64,000 bases of DNA from Candidatus Latescibacterota bacterium (GTDB lineage: Bacteria > Latescibacterota > UBA2968), in the NCBI GenBank assembly GCA_965222605.1, contig OZ244960.1, forward strand, positions 3,328,001 to 3,392,000, given 5' to 3'. The translations under genes were made by a program, and so were the position numbers. Under the pieces are notes generated by a model, which worked only from the letters and a program-made list of their open reading frames with translations, had not been told where the DNA came from and did no database searches. Shown here piece after piece: positions 56,472 to 64,000 of this stretch. Numbering within the stretch: the first letter of the stretch is position 1; each line of letters opens with the position of its first letter.

Positions 56472-58859
56472 TCAATCCGAGAGGGGAAAAAGCGTTTCAA
56501 ATATTTTGTCCGTTCGGTTTCGCCAACTCGCCCAACCAGCACCATCGTTTACTTCGCCTCCAGTAAAGGTATAACCTCTCTTTTTTAGTAGTTGGGCAAA
56601 CGATGTTGTGCTCTTGCCCAGATCATTTCCCTCCATTGGGCTTCGCAAGTCGTATTTTCCCCAGTCCAGATAAATATCTATGGGCATTTGTTTTGTTGCC
56701 TGAAAGATCAGGTCTGCATCTTTGGCTTCTGCGGTCTGATCCCAGGATAGGGATTGTATGCCTATCTTGCCAAATATGTCGGGATGTGTAAAGGTTGCAT
56801 AAAACGCCATAAATCCGCCGTAAATTGTCCCTATATTTGCCCGGCTTTCGCGATTTTTGATCGTGCGATATGTCTGGTCGATGTAGGGCACGATCTCACC
56901 TGCAAAAATCCGATTGTACGCATCGCGTTTTGCCCCCACGTACTCTGAGTATCCACCCCTGAAGAGAGATGGAATAAAAACCGCGATTACGGGGCGCACG
57001 CGCTCGCCGATTAGATTGTCCAGCGAAATATTCATTTTTCCCAGTGACCACTGCCGGCGCGCAGCGTGAACATAAGCAACGGGGTATTGTTCATCGCTTT
57101 TATCGTAATCCGCTGGGAGGTAGATTTCCAATTTGTGCTGTCCCTCAATTTCCGCACTTTCAAAACGTATGGTATCAATTTTGCCGTGAATACCATCTCG
57201 TCGCGCTTTGAGATGGTCGGGAGTTTGCCAGCGCGGCATGCCGAAATAGGAAGCGCGGCTAAAGAAGAGGGATCGAATTTGTCGCGGGTTGAGTGGGTCG
57301 GGGATGGATCGCTGTAAGTCCAGCGTGTAGCGATAGGTGATGCGGGCGTCGGGTTCGAGTTGTGCAGTGGAATAGAAGAAATCCGTTCCCTCAATTCGGT
57401 GCATGGGGTGGTCATATCGCCGCCCTACGTGATCCCCGGTTATGGTCGCGTCTTCCGCTTTGCCGCGATATACAAAATGTACGAGATTCTCGCCTTCGAG
57501 GATTGGAAAGGTCTTCTGTTTTGCCATGAATTGATCGATCCGCGTTTTCTTGTCTGCGGATTGTTTTACTTCTTCGACAAATTGTGCGAAGCGCGAGTTT
57601 GGTGCGATGTTATCTGTGTCTGATTCTGCCACTTGTGTTTTTGGTACGATTTCGATACAGGCGACTTCCGACATGCTGCGCGCATAAAACCTGCTATTGG
57701 CCAGGGTGGCATGTGACCAAACAATGTCGTCGAAGAGTTTCAACCGGGCTGTTTCGCGGTACTTTTCGCCCGAAGCCTGCGCGACTGCGAGGTTGCCTTC
57801 TTTTGTCATGATTACGAGGTGGTTATCTATGATGATGGGCAGGCCATCGCCCGGCTCGCGCGATCGCCATAAGCGTTCTCCGGTGTTTGCATCAATGCAT
57901 GTGAGGATGCGACCGTTGTATCCAAACAGAAGTCCTGCGTTAAAAACCGCATAGCTGTACGTCCCCCGAATGTGGCGCGTCCGCCAGATTTCCTCTGCGG
58001 CAAAGGTTTCGTTATTGGCTCTCAAGCCGATTAGCATGCCGCCGTTTTTCACAAAATATCGCCCTTCGCCAATCTCGACGGGATGTCCGCTGGTATTTCC
58101 CGCGCCGGTCTGCCCGCGATGTGCAAATTGCCACAGGATTTCACCGGTTTCGGGAGATAGGCCCGCGAGATATTTATTGCCGAAAAAGACGAGGTGTTTG
58201 CGGTTGTCAAAGGCGAATAAGCCCGGCGATTGGTAGTTGACCGAGTCGCTAAATGCCGACCAGATCAAATCGCCAGATGCGGGATTATAAGCCGATACCG
58301 CATGTGTTCCCCCTGTTTGAACGATCAGGCGATTGTCGTGTAAAATTGGAGATGAGGTAAAGCCCCAAAATGGCACTGTGGCACGATGGTTTGCGACGAG
58401 ATCTATCGCCCAGAGTTTTTCTCCTGTATTTGCATTGAGCGCGAACAGATTTCCCCGAGGGCCTAATGCGATGACTTTGTCTTCTGTCAATATCGGCGTT
58501 GATAGGGGACCGCTCTGCGAGCCGTAGTGACCGAGATATGCGGTGCCGATTTTGTATTTCCATCGTTGTGATCCATCTTCTGTATTGAGGCCGATGACGT
58601 AATCAAAGGTCTCGTCGGAATACATGGTTACAGCGAGGTCGCCGAGAACCGAGATGGGTGAGTAGCCGGGACCGAGGGGCTTTTTCCAGACGATTTTCAG
58701 CGCGTAGGGTTGGTCAGAGGGGAAGATGCCCGCGTCGTTGACTCGGAAGTCTCTATTGGGTCCGCCCCAATTCGTCCAGTCCGCTTTCGCGTCTGTCGAT
58801 TGAAATAAGAAAACAATAAAAAAAAGTATGATCACGCGACTGTTCATTGCTTTTCCCAT
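56472..58859 (-). CDS. secreted PQQ-like beta-propeller fused to a Fes-like alpha/beta hydrolase domain
   Basis: DWTNWGGPNR, repeated xTGExLW blades; IYLPADY, EIVPYIDQTY. Confidence 0.85.
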   Translation of the reverse strand: MGKAMNSRVIILFFIVFLFQSTDAKADWTNWGGPNRDFRVNDAGIFPSDQPYALKIVWKKPLGPGYSPISVLGDLAVTMYSDETFDYVIGLNTEDGSQRWKYKIGTAYLGHYGSQSGPLSTPILTEDKVIALGPRGNLFALNANTGEKLWAIDLVANHRATVPFWGFTSSPILHDNRLIVQTGGTHAVSAYNPASGDLIWSAFSDSVNYQSPGLFAFDNRKHLVFFGNKYLAGLSPETGEILWQFAHRGQTGAGNTSGHPVEIGEGRYFVKNGGMLIGLRANNETFAAEEIWRTRHIRGTYSYAVFNAGLLFGYNGRILTCIDANTGERLWRSREPGDGLPIIIDNHLVIMTKEGNLAVAQASGEKYRETARLKLFDDIVWSHATLANSRFYARSMSEVACIEIVPKTQVAESDTDNIAPNSRFAQFVEEVKQSADKKTRIDQFMAKQKTFPILEGENLVHFVYRGKAEDATITGDHVGRRYDHPMHRIEGTDFFYSTAQLEPDARITYRYTLDLQRSIPDPLNPRQIRSLFFSRASYFGMPRWQTPDHLKARRDGIHGKIDTIRFESAEIEGQHKLEIYLPADYDKSDEQYPVAYVHAARRQWSLGKMNISLDNLIGERVRPVIAVFIPSLFRGGYSEYVGAKRDAYNRIFAGEIVPYIDQTYRTIKNRESRANIGTIYGGFMAFYATFTHPDIFGKIGIQSLSWDQTAEAKDADLIFQATKQMPIDIYLDWGKYDLRSPMEGNDLGKSTTSFAQLLKKRGYTFTGGEVNDGAGWASWRNRTDKIFETLFPLSD

Positions 58860-58861
58860 TT

Positions 58862-59371
58862 TTATTTTTGTCGCCAGATTTCCCAGACGAGGTGAGATAG
58901 TTCGGGTACGATGAGTTTTTCCATAGCGAGTTGCACGGCGCCAGATGATCCCGGCATGCAGAAGATCATGGTGTCTTTGTACACGCCTGCTACGGCGCGC
59001 GAGAGCATGGCGCCCGAGCCGATGTCTTCCCAGGAGAGAAAGCGAAATACTTCGCCAAATCCGTCGAGGCGTTTTTCGAGGAGGCTTGTGACGGCTTCAT
59101 AGGTGGTGTCGCGCGCGGCAATGCCGGTGCCGCCATTGGTGAGGATGACGTGGCATTCGCCTTTTGAGGCGATTTGTTTGATGAGCGCGCGTATCTGGTC
59201 GGCTTCGTCTTTGACTACGCGGTAAAACGCAATGCTGTGACCGGCGGCTTCGACCAGTTCTTTTATGATTTTGCCACTTTTGTCGTCGGCTTCGGTGCGC
59301 GTGTCGCTGATGGTGAGTACTGCACAGGTGACGGGGTCTTTGGCCTGCTCTATGTGATCTGTGTAAGGCAT
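58862..59371 (-). CDS. moaB: molybdenum cofactor biosynthesis protein MoaB/Mog
   Basis: LTISDTR..DKSG, TNGGTGIAARDTT, GFGEVFR, PGSSGA. Confidence 0.9.
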   Translation of the reverse strand: MPYTDHIEQAKDPVTCAVLTISDTRTEADDKSGKIIKELVEAAGHSIAFYRVVKDEADQIRALIKQIASKGECHVILTNGGTGIAARDTTYEAVTSLLEKRLDGFGEVFRFLSWEDIGSGAMLSRAVAGVYKDTMIFCMPGSSGAVQLAMEKLIVPELSHLVWEIWRQK

Positions 59372-59404
59372 GGGGAACTCCAGGGTGAAAGACGATAAAA
59401 AGGA

Positions 59405-60178
59405 TCACGATAGACCCATGGCGCGGAGGTTGTCGTAGCTGATTTTGAGGCTGTCAAAGGGGTCGCGGTCATAGCAGCGGTCTTGTTCGACGATGTACCA
59501 GCGCGTGCCAGATTCGCGGCCGGCTTCAAAGATGGCGGGCCAGTTGAGGTTGCCTTCGCCGACTTCTGCAAAGCGGGTTTCGCGGCCTTCAATGGCCATG
59601 TCTTTGACGTGGATGAGGTCTATGCGGGTGTTGGCTTTGCGGATCCATTCGGCGGGGTCGGCCCCTCCTGCCTGGACCCAATATACGTCGATTTCGAGTT
59701 GTACCGCTTTGGGGTCTGTTTCCTGGAGGATGATTTCAAGGGCGGTGCGGTTGCCGAATTTTTGAAATTCAAAGTTGTGGTTGTGATACGCAAAGGTCAG
59801 GCCGGCGTCGGCGAGTTTGCGACCGACTTCGGTAGCGTCTTTGGCAAAGCGGATATAACCGGCTTCGCCGTCTTCCCGATAAGACGGGGGCAGGCTGCCG
59901 ATGGCGGGATATTGGCAGTTCCAGAGGTGGTGTTCGTCTATCACGGCTTGTGTGTCGTCGCGCATGCGGTCAAAGCCGGTGTGTGTGGCACAGATTTCAA
60001 TGTCGTTGTCATCGGCTATTTGTTTGAGTTCTGCAGGTTCAATGGGACCAAAGCCGGAGACTTGCATGGCGTCGTAACCAATGGCTTTTACTTTTTTCAC
60101 AGATTCGACAATGTCTTCAAGGGTTTTGGTAAAGTCGCGCACGGTGTACATTTGTGCGGCGATCATGGTGTGTGGCAT
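59405..60178 (-). CDS. sugar phosphate isomerase/epimerase (TIM barrel)
   Basis: QMYTVRD, YHNHNFEF, EIDVYW, HVKD, VEQD; RBS AGGAG before ATG 60178. Confidence 0.9.
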   Translation of the reverse strand: MPHTMIAAQMYTVRDFTKTLEDIVESVKKVKAIGYDAMQVSGFGPIEPAELKQIADDNDIEICATHTGFDRMRDDTQAVIDEHHLWNCQYPAIGSLPPSYREDGEAGYIRFAKDATEVGRKLADAGLTFAYHNHNFEFQKFGNRTALEIILQETDPKAVQLEIDVYWVQAGGADPAEWIRKANTRIDLIHVKDMAIEGRETRFAEVGEGNLNWPAIFEAGRESGTRWYIVEQDRCYDRDPFDSLKISYDNLRAMGLS

Positions 60179-60382
60179 GGGAGGCTCCTTGGATGGAAGT
60201 GAGGAACGGTGTACAACTGGTCGCTGTCCAGACCAGTTTACTGTGAAGGGTGAAACATAATATAGACTGGGCATTGATGCCAGAATTTTGTGTATGGGAT
60301 TTTTCTGGATTGTTGCGGGGTGAACGTTTATTTTAGAATTGTTCCGTATGACGATCTGTTTATCACTGGCTGGGGAGAGATT

Positions 60383-62623
60383 ATGTCGAATATGAAGGCG
60401 TTGGCAGAGAAGCAGGGAGAGCGCAATGATGCGCTGTTGAAGAATACGCATTTTCTCGGGGATGAGGTCGCGTCCGATGTGTTGGGGCTGCATATTGATA
60501 TTGCGGCGATTGAGGGACTTGGCGAGGCGGAAGATCGGGCGTTGACGGCGTTGCAAATTGAGAGCGCGCGCACGGCGATTCGGGCGCTGGCGTCGTTGGC
60601 CGAGATTGGAGAAATGGACCATCTGGGCGGGGGATTGGAATTGATCCCGGGGTTGTTGATGACGCTGTCTGTGGCGGATTACGATACGCGTACCTATACG
60701 ATTGAGCACGCGCATACGAGTGTCGGGTATTATTCGGCGTTGGCGGCGTTTGGTTTTGTGGAGGCAGAGGGCGTTGTCGAGAAGTTTCGGCGCGGGTTGG
60801 ATTTTCCCGGGCATGTGGCATGGTTGCCGGGGGGAACGCAGCTCAATGGTGGGCGTTTGGGGGTGATGATTCCGGTGGCTGTGGGGCTGGCATTGGGCAA
60901 AAGAGCATTGTGTGACGATGCGTGGGTGATTGCCCATTGTGGAGATGCGGGGTGGATTTCGGGTCAGGGTCTCAATGGTTTTAATGGTGCGAGTGTACAC
61001 GGTGCGCCGATTACTTATGTGATGCATCGCAATGGCATTCAGTTGTCGGATAGTACGGCAAATATTATGGATGTGGATCCGCGAAGTGTTATTTCTGCGA
61101 TGGGTGTGGAGGTGCTGGAGGTTGCGTCGCTTCACGATAATGTCGCGCTTTATCAGGCTTATCGAGAGGGGTATGGTCTCGCGCAGCAGGGCGTGCCGAG
61201 TTTGATTTATCCCACGGGGTTTGTGGGTGAAGATGTGACGCTGAAGACTTTTGGCGAGCGCTATGGGGTGACAGAGGCGGTGGAGGCGTTTGCCGCGCAA
61301 CACGATGTGCCGATGGATAAGCAGGTGTGGATTCCGGGGTCGCTGATGAGTTTTCGCGATACAGAGCCGATGCTGGAGTGTTTGTTTTTGGTGAATGATT
61401 TGCCGGGTGGCAAGAATCATCACGATGGGAGTATGCAGGGGCGCGTTGAGGCAGAGGTGCTCGGTGGGGCGATGTTTGAGACGACTGCTGTACAAGCCGA
61501 AGCGCTTGCAACGCTCCGGCAGAATGGATCGCGCACGGTTGTTACAAGGGCGAGACCAGCACCCGGAAGTGCGAATTTGGAGATTCCAGAGGGGAAAGCA
61601 GCGGCGGCTGATTTGCCGACTGAGAAGGCGAGTCCGCGCGATGGTGCAGCCGCGGCTTATGCACTGGTGGCCGAGGCGCATCCCGATCGCGTGTTTGTGG
61701 TGAGTTGCGATTTGGATCCTTCGACAAAATTAGCTGCTGCTCGGGCACATTTGTCAGATGATCACCAGTTTGAGATGAGTATTGAAGAGCAAGCAGCAAC
61801 GCTTATTGCCAATGGTCTGGCGATGAGTTCACACGAGCCGCAGCTCAATGTGGTATCGACTTTTGCCGCGTTTTTTGAGGGGATTGCGCGCGAGGGGTTT
61901 GATATGTGGCAGTATCAGCGCAATTTGAATGGGGTGAATGAGGGTATTAATGTGGTGTTTCATCTCTCTCATGTAGGGGCGTGTACGGGACGCGATCACT
62001 TTTCGGGTTGGGGGCTTGACTGGATTAATGTGGGGCTGACGTATTTGCCCTATTTGCACCGGTTTTACGCACCGGCAGATGCGCGTGTGGCGTTTTTGGC
62101 GGTGAAGGATATGGCGGCGCATTACGGTGGGCATATTATTGGGGTGCCACGCGATTCGGGTTTGCCTGTTTTGCAAAAGCAGGATGGGTCGGGGTCTCTG
62201 TGGAATCCGGGGGAGGAGTGGGAGCCGATTACGACCTATCGTCAATACGATGGGGCAAGGCATGCGATTTTGGCTTTTGGCGCGCCGGCTTTTTTGGGTG
62301 CGGAAGCAGCCGAGATTTTGCTCGCGCAAGGGAATCCGACAGATGTATATGTGGTCAATGGGTTGCCGCTGCCCGATGGGGCGCTGAATGATGTGCTGGC
62401 GAATTACGAGGGTGTGGTGACGATTGAAGATGGAAAGATTGGGACGATAGAGACGGGTTTGCGCGGGTTTGCGGGCCTGGTGGGTTCGTCGTGCAATATT
62501 GCCCACGCGCATGTGGGGATTACAGATCCGAGGATTGCGCCGTCGGAAGGCCTCGAAGCGACCTGGGCACATTTTGGGATTACGGCAGAGGCACTTGTTG
62601 AGGCGGTGGAGACGTTGTCATAG
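60383..62623 (+). CDS. divergent transketolase-like ThDP enzyme
   Basis: DHLGGGL, HCGDAG...RNGIQL ThDP motif, DLDPST, SIEEQ, STFAAF, IEDG. Confidence 0.85.
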   Translation: MSNMKALAEKQGERNDALLKNTHFLGDEVASDVLGLHIDIAAIEGLGEAEDRALTALQIESARTAIRALASLAEIGEMDHLGGGLELIPGLLMTLSVADYDTRTYTIEHAHTSVGYYSALAAFGFVEAEGVVEKFRRGLDFPGHVAWLPGGTQLNGGRLGVMIPVAVGLALGKRALCDDAWVIAHCGDAGWISGQGLNGFNGASVHGAPITYVMHRNGIQLSDSTANIMDVDPRSVISAMGVEVLEVASLHDNVALYQAYREGYGLAQQGVPSLIYPTGFVGEDVTLKTFGERYGVTEAVEAFAAQHDVPMDKQVWIPGSLMSFRDTEPMLECLFLVNDLPGGKNHHDGSMQGRVEAEVLGGAMFETTAVQAEALATLRQNGSRTVVTRARPAPGSANLEIPEGKAAAADLPTEKASPRDGAAAAYALVAEAHPDRVFVVSCDLDPSTKLAAARAHLSDDHQFEMSIEEQAATLIANGLAMSSHEPQLNVVSTFAAFFEGIAREGFDMWQYQRNLNGVNEGINVVFHLSHVGACTGRDHFSGWGLDWINVGLTYLPYLHRFYAPADARVAFLAVKDMAAHYGGHIIGVPRDSGLPVLQKQDGSGSLWNPGEEWEPITTYRQYDGARHAILAFGAPAFLGAEAAEILLAQGNPTDVYVVNGLPLPDGALNDVLANYEGVVTIEDGKIGTIETGLRGFAGLVGSSCNIAHAHVGITDPRIAPSEGLEATWAHFGITAEALVEAVETLS

Positions 62624-62679
62624 ATATAGGAGGAACCGATGCGTAAACAGGTTCTGTTCATTCTGGGTATCAAAAATAC

Positions 62680-62761
62680 TGCTAATTATTTCGCATTCTA
62701 ACCTTGACAACGGGTTTTTAATTGGCTATTTTTTTGAAATTTATATGCTAATTATCTCGCA
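62680..62761 (+). promoter_or_regulatory. sigma70 promoter flanked by two 16-bp operator-like boxes
   Basis: TGCTAATTATTTCGCA (62680-62695) and TGCTAATTATCTCGCA (62746-62761) around TTGACA-N17-TATTTT (62704-62732). Confidence 0.65.
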
Positions 62762-62812
62762 CAACATCATTACATAGAAATGAATATGCTCGCCTTTTCT
62801 GGAGGTATGCTC

Positions 62813-63499
62813 ATGTTTAAGTATGCCATGACATTGATGTTCCTGCTCCTATCTGCCTATGTACACGCCGCGCCAACCGCATCAGATTGCGATTTCAATA
62901 ACAGCGGCAAAGTGGATTTTGCCGATTTTATCGCATTTTCACAGGGATATGGAACAACCCAGACCCAGTTTGACTTGAACGGGGATGGCACAGTCAATTT
63001 TCGGGACTTTGTCATTTTTGCCCAATTCTACGGGCAGACAATCACAACCCCTCCGCCAACCACCGACGCTCCCGTTGGCATTCAAGTTGGGATGCAAGCC
63101 CCCAACTTTACGCTGAGAACCCTCACTGGCGAATCGTTCAACCTCTATGAACAGCGCGGCAAACCCGTGTTCCTCAACTTCTGGGGAACCTGGTGTCCTC
63201 CCTGTGTTGCCGAAATGCCCGCCATACAAAAGTTGCAAAATACCATGGGTGACTCTATCCAGATTGTCGGCATTGGCGTACGAGACACGCGTAGCCAGGA
63301 ACTGCGTTTTGTCACAAGATATGGCTATACCTGGACTTTTGTTCTCGACTCGACGGGAGAAGCGCGCAATGCGTATGAGGTCTCGTCCTATCCCACCTCG
63401 CTGTTCCTGGACGCCAAAGGTGTGATTGTCCGCGTATTGCGTAGTGGTCGGAATTACGAAACGTTCCTGGAAGCGGCGCGACAGGCGATTAATAATTAA
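62813..63499 (+). CDS. secreted TlpA/ResA-like redoxin with N-terminal dockerin/EF-hand pair
   Basis: Signal peptide, DFNNSGKVDFADF and DLNGDGTVNFRDF, Thr/Pro linker, WCPPC, YPTS. Confidence 0.9.
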   Translation: MFKYAMTLMFLLLSAYVHAAPTASDCDFNNSGKVDFADFIAFSQGYGTTQTQFDLNGDGTVNFRDFVIFAQFYGQTITTPPPTTDAPVGIQVGMQAPNFTLRTLTGESFNLYEQRGKPVFLNFWGTWCPPCVAEMPAIQKLQNTMGDSIQIVGIGVRDTRSQELRFVTRYGYTWTFVLDSTGEARNAYEVSSYPTSLFLDAKGVIVRVLRSGRNYETFLEAARQAINN

Positions 63500-63539
63500 A
63501 GGCAATCAGCTTTAAAATTTGTAACTCAGGGAGAATCCG

Positions 63540-64000
63540 ATGCGGAATATAGTTCTGTCAATTTTATCAATACTCGCGCTTTTGATGTATCCGCTGTCTC
63601 TTTCGGCGCAACATAGCTTTTCCCTCTCGCTGGATGTAAATGATACCGCGGGCGATCAAGCAGTTACCTCTCTCAATGTGTCCGCAGATCAGGTTATTGC
63701 CATTCAGATATTTGGCACGGGTATTCAGAATGCGAACGGTCTGGCTGCGCGCTTTGAATACGATGTCACTCAAGTTGTCTATGAGGGGTTTGAGGTAGGC
63801 GATGTCTTGCCCAATGCTCAGGCACTCCCGGAGCACAGTACAGGTTTTGTCGAAATTGGCATTGCATCTCTGGGTGGTCAAGCAACTGCCAATAGCGGTC
63901 TGGTGGGTACAGTTCGCTTTCGCGCAACAGCCGCATTTTCAGGCACGGCGATTCGGTTGGTGCGTGCAGACCTGAGTCGGAGTGGGCAATTTGAAAGCGC
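63540..64000 (+). CDS. secreted cohesin-like domain protein, 3'-partial
   Basis: RBS GGAG; MRNIVLSILSILALLMYPLSLSA signal, then beta-sandwich pattern (IAIQIFG..GLAARFEYD..SGLVGTVRF); frame open to the window end. Confidence 0.75.
   Translation, partial: MRNIVLSILSILALLMYPLSLSAQHSFSLSLDVNDTAGDQAVTSLNVSADQVIAIQIFGTGIQNANGLAARFEYDVTQVVYEGFEVGDVLPNAQALPEHSTGFVEIGIASLGGQATANSGLVGTVRFRATAAFSGTAIRLVRADLSRSGQFES

Noticed and set aside
60179-61681. N-terminal 500 aa of the 758-aa ORF 59405..61681 (-)
   Set aside because: Antisense shadow of the transketolase-like gene. The real isomerase starts at 60178 with its own RBS.

Overview
A 64 kb bacterial chromosomal window. The organism is inferred, not determined: the paired EF-hand/dockerin-like modules, a cohesin-like protein, a GWxTD protein and fused GlyQS suggest a Latescibacterota/Gemmatimonadota-like lineage. 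Core and metabolic blocks (ABC transporters, a PL8 lyase, glyQS, pyrB, surE, a two-component system, MoaB, a transketolase-like enzyme) alternate with accessory DNA. The accessory DNA comprises: (i) a nested element at 12873-14829, a TIR/TSD-bounded MITE derivative containing an IS110/IS1111-type element whose bridge-RNA guides, CA core and circle-junction promoter can all be read from the sequence; (ii) a CfrBI-like type II R-M system whose nuclease gene is split by an IS982-like element; (iii) a ~16 kb defence island with PLD-SNF2 helicase, Eco57I-like methyltransferase, HNH, AbiJ-like, Gabija, toxin-antitoxin remnants and a DprA-like gene, plus a fossil C-terminal tail of an earlier methyltransferase allele. 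The ORF track misses several signals: a candidate 91-aa DUF5069-like selenoprotein (in-frame TGA plus SECIS-like hairpin, 18203-18478), a cluster of four promoter-hairpin-terminator small RNA units with complementary SD/anti-SD loops and two ECF-type promoters (1738-2240), a pyrL-like attenuator before pyrB, and a 31-bp duplication that frameshifts a secreted beta-propeller gene. No CRISPR array, rRNA or tRNA was seen. All family names come from motif recognition by eye, not from database searches.
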